Source: Tricharina praecox (taxonomy: Eukaryota). From it: a stretch of 64,000 nucleotides of DNA. Under the pieces are notes generated by a model that searched no databases, was not told where the DNA came from, and saw only the letters and a list, made by a program, of their open reading frames with translations. The stretch spans positions 124,001-188,000 of the forward strand of contig NW_026250428.1 in NCBI RefSeq assembly GCF_024521635.1. Direction: 5' to 3'. The translations under genes were made by a program, and so were the position numbers. Positions 37,619 to 49,560 of the stretch are shown here, piece after piece (position 1 is the stretch's first letter; every line of letters starts with the position of its first letter).

Positions 37619-38644
37619 GTGCCCTTGTTTACTTCAGCAGTAAAAATAAAAAGTGAGTGCTGGGAGAAAAAAGCCGAAGTGGCTGAGATGGTGAAAAGTA
37701 GGGAGAGGGTTGTGTGGTGGTAAAGACAAGGAAGGGTGTGCGGTCGCCGTTCTTAAATACAGAAGGATGGTTACACTAACACGCCAAGCGCCTGTGCGGT
37801 CACGTGGACTTTGAAGGTCACAAACTTTGAAAGGTCACACACGTTCGATCATGAATATTGTCTGACACATCTTGCACTGTCGTCTTGGAAGGCTCTTTTC
37901 GATCCTCGGACGTGGACTTTGGACGGAATTGTTGCCAAGATGATATGTCTGGTTGTCGACCAGGGTGCTGCGTGGTTACGCTCGTTTGTTTTGCACGTTC
38001 ATTCTTGCTTTGTTTGATCGTTGCCGTCTGTCTGAGCGGTGTTGTGTCGGTTGACTTTGCTAGTGCCGTCGCATCGGGTCTATTGGGGTCTGTCCAGAGG
38101 TTTCAGTTCTCCCGTTCATTCTAACCAGCATGCGCTCAGTACAACCTTCACATCATGTAATCGTAACCGGCTGGGAGGCCGCACTGGCCGACACGTGCTC
38201 CCTTTTCTGGTATCTAACGGTGGGGTAGGCTAGAGCAATGCCAAAATTTCAGCGGTATAGTTGACAAAACAAAACAACAGCATCAGGGAAAAAAAACTCC
38301 GATGGGCGCGGGGAGAGGTTTGTACTGCGTGAATTGCACATGGCGTGTCATAATGGTTGGATAGGAACAATGCCATGTGACCACAGATGTCCATGCCGCA
38401 CCGCAGCTCTCGTGGTATGATCGTAGCTAGCCAGGTGCTGCGCACAGCGTAACACTCTCACTGAATAGGCACGGTGCCTGGATTGATAGCAGTCCATGAG
38501 TCACGGAAACCGGCCATGTACTGCACATAAGGTAAGACCGTGTATAACGCCCACTGGGCGCGGAATCTAGTACGTTCAAGTGATCTTGCTCATATAGATA
38601 AATACTGTAATTGCGAATTATACAGGATCCTCCTACATATCCCG

Positions 38645-39130
38645 TCCGCCTTTCCCGCCCTTTCAGCCTTCCCCGCCATCTCAGCCTTCCCCAACCTCTC
38701 AGCCGTTCCCAACCTCTCAGCCTTCCACACACACTCAGCCTTTCCCGCCATCTCAGTCCTCCCAGCCCTCCCAGCCCTCCAACCCCCCCAGTCCTTCCCG
38801 TCGGAACTCGTCCTATCTTCTTCCACTTCAATACCCTCATTTTCATCGCCACCGAATCCTCCACATTGTGAAGATCAATGTAACCAAGACTCCTCAACAA
38901 AATTCTCGTGCTGAATGCTGTTGGTTGCCTTTGTCTCTTGTCGGCCGCGGCGGCCGATGTATGGTGTCGGGGAACGAAGGCGACGTGGAGGCGGGGAACG
39001 AGGGCGACGTGGAGGTGGGAAACGAGGGCGAGGTGGGGAACAAGGGCGGGGCGGAGGAGGGAAACGGGGGCGAGGTGCAGGCAAGGGACGAAGGCGAAGT
39101 GGAGGTGTCGTACGATGCCGAGGTGGAGGT
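38645..39130. repeat. Two low-complexity minisatellites (ctcagccttccc-type ~38645-38790; gggaacgagggcga-type ~38970-39130)
   Basis: Visible ~18-24 bp degenerate units. Confidence 0.7.
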
Positions 39131-39329
39131 CGTACCGGTCTCTTGGGAGGCCGTCTTAATCGTCTGTGCTGCCTACGGTTTGGAAGTCAGTTAGAGAGCC
39201 GGTATGATGGATCCGTGGGTATAGGGAGTGCGGTCTGTGGATTTGTGGAGTAGCGAATGTGGGAAGGATTGATGTTGTTAGAGAACAAGGAAACACATGT
39301 TATCCCGACAAGTTCGGATTGTGACAGTC

Positions 39330-39479
39330 TGTCAGTCGACTGCAGTCGACTGCAGTCTCAGGCTGAAAATGTTTTGGACGGACCGAATCCAAACCGTCCT
39401 CCAATTTCATGGACTATATTGGACTGATGCAGTCCGTCCAGTCCGGACTGCAGTCCGGACTGGACTATAGGGAGCACTT
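39330..39479. mobile_element. Single end of a hAT-like element
   Basis: Reverse complement aagtgctccctatagtccagtcc resembles the MITE end cagtgttctacatagaccagacc; dense palindromic gactgcagtc/ggact subterminal motifs; no partner end found. Confidence 0.45.
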
Positions 39480-40355
39480 GTTGTGGGAGCACGGAATAGT
39501 TGTGGGAGACCAGTCGACGAGCCTGAAGAGATGACGGCAGTGACGATTCCAACGGCCGGAAGAGGTGATAACGCGGAAGAGTTGTGGGAGAACGGAAGAG
39601 TTGTGGGAGCACGGAAGGCGATGGCGGCGCCAGACGAGATAATGGCACAGGTAGAGATGACGGCAGGGACGAGTCCACTGGCCGGAAGAGGTGTTGGCAT
39701 GGAAGAGTTGTGGCAGCACGGCAGAGAACAAGGGCAAGGGGGGCGAAGAGGTGAAGGCGGCGAAGAGTCGAGGAAAACAATGGTTGAAGGAGCGAGTTGA
39801 CGGTACGGGAGAGGTGCCGGCGCCGATGATTTGTGGGAGCACGGAATAATTGACGGCGCGGAAGAGTTGTGTGAGCACGGACGGGTTGACGGGCGCGGAC
39901 GTGTTGTGGGGACTACGCCCGAGTCCATGGGCCGGAAGAGATGACGGCACGGACGAGATGACGGCACGGACGAGATGACGGCACGGACGAGATGACGGCA
40001 CGGACGAGATGACGGCACGGACGAGATGACGGCACGGACGAGATGACGGCACGGACGAGGTGACGACACGGACGAGGTGACGGCACAGACGAGGTGGCGG
40101 CACGGAATGGTTGTGGGAGTACGCACGAGTCCCCTGGCCGGACATGGTAGTGGCACGGATTAGTCGATGGGCTGGACTAGGTGATGGCACGGAAGGGTGA
40201 GGGAGTGAGCCAGTCGACGGCGGGGGCGGAAGAGGGCGAGTCAAGGGGAAGTGCGGTGAAGAGGTGACGGCATGGAGAGTTGTGGGAGCACAGAACGGTT
40301 GCGGGAGTCGGCCAGTCGAGGACGAGGGAGCGGAAGAGTTGTGGGAGCACGGAAG
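39480..40355 (+). repeat. Compound minisatellite: dispersed gttgtgggagcacgg motif plus a 17 bp tandem array at 39938-40107
   Basis: gagatgacggcacggac x7 perfect plus 3 degenerate; ttgtgggag-type motif about ten times in one orientation. Confidence 0.9.
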
Positions 40356-40499
40356 AGGAAGAGGGAGGGAGCGGACGGGGTGTATGGACAGGGCGGATAC
40401 TGCTGTTTGGTAGATAAACCCCTTGATATCAATGAAACTACAAGATGTTCGAGTGCCCACCCGACGTCATGTCCACGGAATATCTCTCAGGATAGGGTG

Positions 40500-42600
40500 G
40501 AACGCCCTGCCACCGTCCCCTATGCACCCGCCGCAGTCACCGTGACACTACATAAATACGCAGCCACCCTAATGAAGTAGATTTTTTTTTCCTGATGAGA
40601 CCAACAAAGTAAACGACAGCCCGTCCAACGTTTGGGACTTTGTAACGGGTCTCGCCTGTGTCGGCGACATCATTCATACACAGCACCCGCTCTCAGCTCA
40701 AATCAAAACAACTGTGTTCGCACTGGTCACACCCTCTAAACGAGCTGGTCTCAACGAGTCACAGCCTTTTCACAACTTCTTCGCAATCAGTCTCTCCCAG
40801 GTCAGAAGAGTAGCGATGAAACCGACGCACCAAGCCGTCGTTTCCACGGTGTCCCACAGCATGTACTCTAGGGAAGAAGCTGGGAATGGAAGACCACCAT
40901 TCCTTCTTTTTGCTTGCTGTCCCTAAGATATGAGCTGAGAATCACATCAAAAAACAACAAACTTTTGGGCAATCTCAGGACGTAGGAAACTACTCAACCC
41001 TTGATGTGTCGAACTGTTGTGGCCGAGCGATTGCCAAATCCGCCTTACACAGACTAACCATTACTGAATCTTGCAACGTGAAAATACTGCTATCTTCTAA
41101 AGCCCTTCACCCTCGCCCCTGCAACTTGTTTCAGCAATGAAAGTTCCGTTCTAGTTGTGCTTTACCTGACCGATGCGCCCTAGTATGCCGCCGCCCAGTG
41201 AAGTCGGCAAATGATGATTGCCCCGATAGTACCAGGCCAACTATGAAGTATAAGATGACACCCGAAGCACTAGATTGACAAACTTTCATTCCAAACAGTC
41301 TCCTGCAGGACTAAACAGTGAACATGTCTGGAGGAGAGCCTGTGTCACAGATTGTCACTCGCCCGGCGTGAGTCATATCACTCATCATCACTCGCCATTT
41401 CCGACCGGCTGGATGTTGCACGTTTGGGACGAGTCGTGCGCGTTTACTATGTTTCTATGCAGTGAATTTTCCGAAAAAAAACTCGAATGGCTTAAAACTG
41501 ACCGACGAGCCGGTTTTGAAGAGCAGCATTCTGACTGCATAAGCAGGTAGTCACAGTATCGAGCTGAAGATGGAAGAATCAATTCACATCGCAAATCCAT
41601 CTGGACCAACCTTATACATACCGTCAATTGAATCCAAGATCGCCAGAAAGGAGACAGAGATAGCGAACCGATCGCTGTTCAGACGGGAGACGTGTTTTTC
41701 GAGGGGAAGGGGCTAGGATATTTGATTGTCTCCTGACTCTCATTTGGTCTAGCTGCTAGGGTAGGGAGGTAGTTTCCATCTACCGAACCGCAACGACTGC
41801 CATGCTCTACCTTGGAATCGCCATCAGCTCCTATGTTTACGAGGTCATTGCGCGACTTGCGGCCACTGGACGGGCCGAGACTCCCGCGCCACCTGATACT
41901 TCTGTGGCGAGTCGATCGTTGTCACCCATGGACCTATCACGGCGTATCCGGGGTGCAGGAAGCGTATCTGCTGATACCCGAGGGAAGTCAGCGCGTGATC
42001 CGCCAAGCCAGCTGCACTGTCTAGAACTAACTGACTAAGGAACAGGTTTAATTTGCATAACTGGTTAAACTGCAAACCTATTGGCAGGTCTGGATGATGG
42101 AGGTCGCATATCCCTCACGAGTACATGCAGCACGCCGTGTAGAATCAAGTCTGAATCTGCCTTCGATATGTAGAAAAGAGCCGTTTTGCGAGGGATCTTT
42201 CACTAAAGCGCTGTGGATGCGATTCGCGTCGGGGTTGGCATGGAATATAGCATGTCGGACAAGGAGAACAGGGTGGCGCTGGTGAAGACCCTCGCCAGCC
42301 TCGTGAATAGTATTGCAGATGCCATCAATGGCTTTGGTTACCCTCTGGAAAGGGTATAAGATGGTGGTTTGATGACGAGAGAAACGGGGTGTGTCGCCGT
42401 TCTTTTGGAAGCTGGGCATCCTGCAGCTGTTTTCCCGATGCGTACGAATGAATTATTATAATATTGGAAGTCGAGGAAATTTTAGCTCTGTTAGAGTGTT
42501 TCCTTCCGTTTTCAAATGTTGTGGAGTTAGATGGCGATTTTAAGGAGTTAACACAGCGACTTTCGGAGGACAAATGGTGTTCTGTTGATGCAGCAGTTTT
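40500..42600 (-). pseudogene. Long decayed reading frame of unknown family
   Basis: Successive protein-like segments in shifting frames (IHSYASGKQLQD..PF; ANRIHSAL...IEGRFRL; DRFAISVSFLAILDSIDG) broken by stops. Confidence 0.25.
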
Positions 42601-43290
42601 TTAATGCCCTGCGGTCGGCTGGTGAGATGGAATTGATTGTGAGAGGTCAAGTGAAAGGGACGCGCTTGGCGAGAAGCCAATGAGTGCTGGAAGATCATGG
42701 GTGAAGATAATATAAGGTGAACCAGTAAAGTCGTATGTGGGTACGTGTGTGTCAAGGTGCAGATGACTGGAGGTACAGATCACTGGAGGTAGAGATGCGG
42801 GAAGGTGAAGAGGCCCGAGGGTACAAGTGCTCGGAGACACGAATGCTTCTATATGCGAAATAAAACAGGAAGATCTCTCTCTCTCATGGTGATCTTCCAG
42901 TCAGAAACAAGATTGATTTGGCCGGTTCAGATATCTGTAGAGATTCCTGGACTTTGAACCATTCGGTGGATGCGAACCCGGATGAGCGTGTCATGTGAAA
43001 CGTGCGTTGCCGTCGTGAACTACATACCCACTTTGTTGTGTTGAGGCTACTGTTTGCGGAATTCGTGGATCGCAGGTTCCAGCCTTCACTCATCCTGGTT
43101 TCTCACCACCAACGGCAAGTGCGATGGCGTCGGTGGGGTCGCGATTACTCCATCCCCTCTCCTTCTTCCTTCTCTCGTTCTTCCTTCCTCACCAGGACAA
43201 CAAATCATCTCCACCTTCGTCGCAAAAACTCCTGGTTCATCAATCTCCACTCCCACAACTCCACACAAACTATTCATCAAGAGACACAAC

Positions 43291-43900
43291 ATGTCTAGAA
43301 GATTCACCACTGCCGCCTTCCGTAGGCTCTGCAAGAAGACGCCTAATGGTTAGTTCTAATATTTGCCCGACCCCTTCGATCCCCCAACTAACCGCGACCC
43401 CTCCCCCAATCTCCAGGCCCCAGCGTCATCCAGAAGCTCCGCAAGAACGCCGCCGCGCACGCTACCGCCAAGACGACCTACGACAAGGCCGCTGAGTTCC
43501 TCGCTCAGCACACAGCCACGAGGGACGAGACTACCAACAAGAAGCAGGCGTTCCTCAACAATGAGAAGATCAGATGCGCTAAGGAAGCCGAGAGTATCAG
43601 GCGCGAGCTGATGTTGAGGGAGAAGAGGAGATTGGCTATGAAGAAGGCCTGCGAGGAACGCGTCAACCTCTATCGTGCAGGAAACATCGGTGCTCCTACT
43701 TCTAGAGCTCCGCTTCTACTCCTGGAGCTTCGACTTCGGCTTCTACTCCTGGAGCTTCAATTTCGGCTTCTGCTCCTGGAGCTTCGAAAGTTACTCCAGC
43801 TTCTCGCAAGGCTATGTTGCTCAGCAGAGAAGATAAGTTGCTTCTTTCCCAGATGAACCCGAAGGAAAGGGGCTTGCTTCTGACGCTTGATCGCAAATAA
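43291..43900 (+). CDS. Small basic coiled-coil hypothetical protein, one intron, probable frameshift near 43705
   Basis: ATG at 43291; intron gttagt...ctaac...ccag (~43349-43415) joins in frame to GPSVIQKLRKN...EERVNLYRAG. A 24 bp repeat x3 reads ASTPGAS in the shifted frame, ending LTLDRK*. Confidence 0.5.
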
Positions 43901-45065
43901 GGCATCGGCTGGTTAGAATTACCAGTACATAACTGTATGGGGTACGCCATAAAGCAAGGCTGTTAAACATCTCAACTTCTCACTCGTGGCAATAAAAACT
44001 ATTACTCTGTGACACTAAAACGTTTTTACTGTCACGGTCCTGCTCACGGACGCAGTCGCGGAAGGCTTTGACGAAGGCGTCAGTAGACGGTGAAGGCCGA
44101 TGGTCGAACATTTCGGCCTCATCCTCAGCGATGGTACTCAGCAGCTGCTCAGGTTGAGGGCTAGGAAAAGTACTGGCAGTGACTATGAAGTGTCAAAAAG
44201 AAGAAGATGTATCGCCTTATAATGTGCTCTTATTCCACAGTCTCTCCGGAACGGAATCTGGAGGTCCTCTATATATACAGATTATGTCGATCCCAAACAT
44301 CATTATATAGCAGACCGTTGATATGCGGAATACTCGGCTGGCCGAAGACGATGCTCGCTGGTATATCATCGGTCAGCATTCTTGCGGTTTTCTCAGCATT
44401 CTTGCCGTTCTCTCAACATTTCTGCCGTCGTCATATACTATACACAGCGGACTCCGTCCAAGTATGATATGTAATAGTTGCCGGGCTGCAGCAGACGGTC
44501 GTCTTTCCGCACTTCTGTACCACATGTGTCTCGCGGGAAGACGACACTACCGAAGATCAAATTGACCATGGCGTAGAGGTGGGCGTTTGCTACTCCGTTC
44601 GTGAGGATAAGTGCCTTCTCCTCGTGACAGTGGCGTTACCCATGATCAAACGTTGTATGCGCGAAACGTTACGCCACCTACAAAGGTACCTATAAGGGTG
44701 GCGTCGACGTACGTGCACGTGCACGTGCTCCTCAGCCTTTGAGCCGGGATTGAGCGCTTCTGGGGTACTGCACTGCTGGTCGTTCTGGTGGCGGGGGTTG
44801 TTGGCGCGTAGAGAATTCGGCCGGGAGAGGGGGAGCGGCAGTACAAGAAGGAGAACAAGGACACGAACGAGGACACGAACGAGAACGAGGAACAAAACTA
44901 GAACGAGACGGAGAACGAGGAGGAGAACGAAGACGAGGAGAAGGACGAAAATGAGAAGGAGAGGGAGGAGGCGGCAGCCCGGTGTTGTCGTCAAGATTCT
45001 AGAATGACACATTTTCTTTGGTTGCAGCTTTCGTCATGTTATTTCTTCTTTTGCTCTGTAGATGA

Positions 45066-46281
45066 TAGCACATCTCGGAAATCACCACGATAATACCAAA
45101 TTCAAGGTCGCACAGTATCTAGAGCTTTTTCGTTTTGCGAATATACTTACCTCTAAAGGAGGGTGGAATAATTCAGCTCGGTTCATCGTTCCCTATACGT
45201 CTTCACGGCTAACAACATTGCAATGGTATTCTCTGGATTCACTTCAGCTACGAGAACTATCAGAGCGAGGAGGCATAAAATCTCGTTTCGCAAACGTGAC
45301 GAAGCACGGGGGGAGCAACACTACAGTCAGACAGCATGCACCAGGTCACATCGAGATAGAAAGGTAGGAATGTAGCGGAAGAATCAATTGGCTTCTGAAT
45401 CTCTCTCTACTAGCCATTCACCCTCAGCGTTCAGAGTAAATCTAATGAAGCACAGTCCTCAACGGAGTAGAATCCTTTGGGACAAGCGGCCACCAGCCCT
45501 CTGCCTGTCGTCATTTGCGCACCTATTCCGAATCTCCTGGGCGGCCCACGCAACACTCGAGCAAGGGATTTCCCATTCTGGCCAGCCACACAGCGAGATA
45601 TCACCACCTTGGTACGATTGCAAGCGTGGGCACTTGCTTTCCACATAATTGGTCTGGTAACAATCATGCTCCCCCATATCGAGGACCCTTGAGATGAGGT
45701 GGGCGATCTCGTCGTAGGTGGGAGATGCCCAGGTGGTCTCGCAAACCAGCGTGGAAATATTTTCGTCTGCCGAATTGTAATAGTTGAAGGTGCTGTTGGA
45801 TGATGGGTCTGTGTAGACGACCGGCGCAGGCTTCTGTTTGTGCTCCGGGTTCGTAATGGCGTCGTCGATGCCCGGGATCTCGAAGTGCGGGAACTCGATC
45901 ATGTGGCATTTACCGGCGGGCTCGTTGGCCTTGTTGTTGGACGTGGTGGAGACGCTACCGGAGCGTGGAAGGATGCCGGATGGAGCAGCCGAAACCACCG
46001 CGGCGATGGTGCAGAGGATCGGGAGGATACGCAAATGGATCTGCATATTGATTCTTGTGGTGTCTAAAGGTTGTCTTTGGTGATGTGTAATGTTTGAGAA
46101 GGATGGTCGTTGGTGATGTGTAATGTTCGAGAAGGAGGGAAGGATTAGATGGTGGATGATGAATGGGTTGTGGATGGAAGCTTTTATAAGGGGAGCCGGC
46201 AAACCGACGGTAGCTACTTGACTGCATTCAAAGGAGTGATCCAGGGGTGATGATAGAATGTACGTGAGCGTTATCGGTTGT
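45066..46281 (-). repeat. Inverted copy of the secreted-protein locus 3478-4652
   Basis: Reverse-complement match over promoter (cgataacgctcacgtacattct), CDS and 3' flank. Confidence 0.92.
45459..46046 (-). CDS. Small secreted cysteine-rich protein, 195 aa, copy 2
   Basis: MQIHLRILPILCTIAAVVSAAP signal peptide and the same six-Cys spacing; start placed at 46046 by homology with copy 1. Confidence 0.85.
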   Translation of the reverse strand: MQIHLRILPILCTIAAVVSAAPSGILPRSGSVSTTSNNKANEPAGKCHMIEFPHFEIPGIDDAITNPEHKQKPAPVVYTDPSSNSTFNYYNSADENISTLVCETTWASPTYDEIAHLISRVLDMGEHDCYQTNYVESKCPRLQSYQGGDISLCGWPEWEIPCSSVAWAAQEIRNRCANDDRQRAGGRLSQRILLR

Positions 46282-47989
46282 TGTAGGGTAGTAGATAGAG
46301 TAGGGTTGTGGATAGGCCCGAGTGACGACGGATGTACCGAGGTAGATAGACCTCGGGTCCTCGACCTCTCTTCCGAATCAACTAACCTTTACCCACCTAT
46401 AGTTGTGTTATTCGTATTGAAGGGTGCTAGCTGGCATGACAAGACTCATCCTTCATGTTCCCGGCCCTATAGAGGCTACGGATGAGCGCTCAACGCAAAC
46501 TCTCTTCTCGATGCCTGCTGCTGCCCGGCTGGCACGGCAAGTACAACAGTGTCCTTCATCCTGCCATATCTAGTACCGTCAGCTAAGTTGCTCACATCCC
46601 ACTGATCCAACACGCAGAACCAGTATTTCCGACTCCTTGTTGCCATCAGAGTCTATGTAGCTCCGCAGTAGACACTAGGCATCTAAAATCTTAGCAAGAC
46701 AGCATCTTGAACCGGTTACCGCCATTCCTCCGCCAATCCTGCCCCGCTGACTCACCGATTTGCATGCGTGTACACTTTATCAGTGGATCATGGTGTTGCA
46801 CCAGAAGTAGCTGGCAGCAGCGTCGAACCTGCGAGCATGTATTGCGCGGAGTAACGATTACGAGTAAGAAATGCCTCGATATATACATCCATATTTGTGT
46901 GTCTGCTATGATCTAAGTACTAAGTTCGAACGCAATCATCATTAAACAACAAAAACCGATCGAAATGTTCGGGCGAGTGAGTGTACATGCGTGGCCGAGA
47001 AGGCGAGAGAATGAGCAATAAACGTCCGGCAAGTTCTAGACCCAGGATTACGGAATGCTCCCGACTCACCAGTAGCTCCGGTGACATTTGTGGTATCAGA
47101 TATTTCACCGCGAACTAGCGTCCGAATAGGCCGATGGAAGTAGCCCTCACGTAGGAGGACCGATCGATAATTCGGTGGAGCACGTATATAGAGATGCTTT
47201 CCGATCTGATCATACGTCCATCCATCTATCTGCATAGATGGTAAGCCCTCATTCCTTCTCATTCAACCCTGATTCCTTCTGCGTATCTTATTTAGTCTGC
47301 AGGATCTCCTTAATGACAGGCCTGGGAATCGTCCGTCCAGTACATCCTGGGCTATGACCCGGACGGGACCGAATTTTTCGGGCCCGGAATATCAAGGACT
47401 GTAAAACTCCGGGTAAGCCGGACGACGACTGGGGCCCCATTCGGATCCGGAATTGTGTCGCTAGTACTAGCTTTGGACAGTGGCGTACTGGCGTAGCTGA
47501 CGTGAATGACGCTAAGAGGCACATGACTAAGGAGTTGGCAGCACAGCGAAGAGCACATTTGTTACTACATACTCATATTAAACCGTTTAAACTCAACATG
47601 TTCAAGGGGATACTACGATTGCTTCTCTGTATACGAAGTGGAAGTGACGTGCAGAGTGCTGAAGGTTGGGAGTACTGGGAGAAGATGGATATCACAGTAG
47701 GGTAAATGTGAGCACAAGAACACCATCAAGTTGACCTTCGGCTTTGTCGTTGTACGAAAAAATGGGTACATACTTCCGTATCGGATTCGATGCAACAATT
47801 TCACCGGGCAAAATTTTCCGGAAAGCCGACACGGTACACTTAGTAGCCAGCCGCTTTCGCACTAATCATTTCCGGGCCCCATTCGGGCCCCGGGCTTTTT
47901 GGACCTGGGACGGAGCCCGACTCTTCCAGCTAAAGTCCCGCCCCAGACGGGACGGCGTCGCGGTGTCCCAATACTCTTCCGTCCGGACA

Positions 47990-49560
47990 GACTATTTCTA
48001 CGCCTGCGTAGATCTCTAGTGGCTTATAAATATATTCCGTCAAACGTGATAATGAAGTAGGTTCGACTGCAGGCTCTGGTCTCTGAGCATACATAGAGTC
48101 TAGCACAGCCCTAGATGATATCTGCATCCGCATTTGGGACTCTATGGCTGCGCGGATCTCCCATCTGCCGTAGTTATTTCAAATACATCAGATGCACCTG
48201 CAGTACGAGTATCTACATTCAGCTGGTATCTGGAAACGTCTCTGCGTGACTCAGGACGTGGCCTTCCGCGTCTCGCCAATCATCTGTAGTGTTTCTCCAT
48301 CTCACGGGCGAACATTCGCGTCCAAGCCAACCAGTGAGTAATTCTGGATTACCGTTAACTCCTCACAGACGACAAAGATCCTGCCTCCACATCCCCAGAA
48401 AGGAAGCAAGTGACTGGCCGAGGCCTGTGGGGATAATAGTTTCGCCGTGGAATTCCGTATTGGTGGTGGGTACTGTGGTTCTGCGGAGTACTGCCGATTC
48501 AGTGCCGAGGGGTCTGATATCTCTGCTGGTTCCGATTGTGATAGCCCCGCTAAGGCTGTTGATACTGCCGACCGACGAAATTTTGATGGAAGGTCGCAGC
48601 TGCCTGGAATAGATTTATCTCGTTGACTGGGACGTTGTATCCAGCATTTCCACCTCCGATAGTACTCCCGCTCTGTGCCTGTTCCTTTGCCTTCAGGATC
48701 TCAATCATAGTAATCGCTGCCTTCATCATCTTTCCATTGCCGAGGCAGCAACCGTCTCTTCCTACGCGGCGAAAATCTCAGGTTTCTCCACTTCTTTTTG
48801 AGCCTACAGCTGCTGTATCGCCTTCATAACCTCCTTCAACATCTTTTCCGTCTCGTTCTTCGACTTATCCCCGACCTTTTTCCTCGACGACTACCCCATC
48901 TTCTGCTTGCCCTTCGTGACTGGCACCGGGTTGTCCTTCGAGCTCGTGTACAGCGAGTTGTCGTCACCTAGGACCTTGCCTGAGTCATAGCTTTAGAGGT
49001 ATAGAACGTCACGATCCTCCCCTCAATCGTCTTCGCCTCCTGAACGATCCCGTTAACCCTATTACGACCCTCCAGTGTTTTTGCCGCCGAGGTACGGAAG
49101 ATCTTGCAGGTGACCTTGTCTCTCAAACTATTCGAAAAGGTCCTGGCCAGTGTATTAAGGGTATGCTTATAGCTGTTACTACATGCGTCGTTGAGCTTCA
49201 TGGTACGTTTCGCATATTGGTCGGTGGTCCCCGATCTCCTTTGCCTCAGAAGTGCAACCTCCACTAGGCCTGTATCCTCAATTGGTCTCGCGGTTGCACT
49301 GAAGTATGAATGCAGCCTTCAATTGGTCGAAGTCCTCTGGCGCCTCGTGTTCGAGTAGTCCGACGACATTGTGGACCCAGGATCCCAGGTTGGCAGTCAA
49401 CAACATCATCTTCCATTTGGCCTGATCCGCAGCTCTCCGGCAATAGGCCTGCCTCGATATTAGTCTTCAGGATGATCCTGTCGATGACGTCCTTGTTGTT
49501 CGCACCCATCTTGCTCCTGAACACGCCGATGTGTAAATTCGGTATTGCTGGGGTGATACG
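47990..49560 (-). mobile_element. Decayed LTR-retrotransposon gag-like relic
   Basis: VALLRQRRSGTTDQYAKRTMKL...LARTFSNSLRD parallels the gag motif at ~10950-11090. The 3' part (48008-48170) matches ~31980-32125 and ~29525-29595 in inverted orientation. Confidence 0.5.

Noticed and set aside
38380..38620. Ulp1-protease-like or dioxygenase-like peptide fragments on the minus strand
   Set aside because: Only isolated tripeptide matches; not distinguishable from chance.
39480..40355. CRISPR-like repeat-spacer array
   Set aside because: Repeats are degenerate, spacers are irregular and related to each other, there are no cas genes, and the context is eukaryotic.
39407..40460. 331 aa and 249 aa ORFs
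   Set aside because: Open only because the minisatellite lacks stops; several frames are open at once.
47317..47976. Possible non-autonomous hAT element with gggcccg/ggacgg subterminal clusters
   Set aside because: Terminal matches are too degenerate and no TSD was found.
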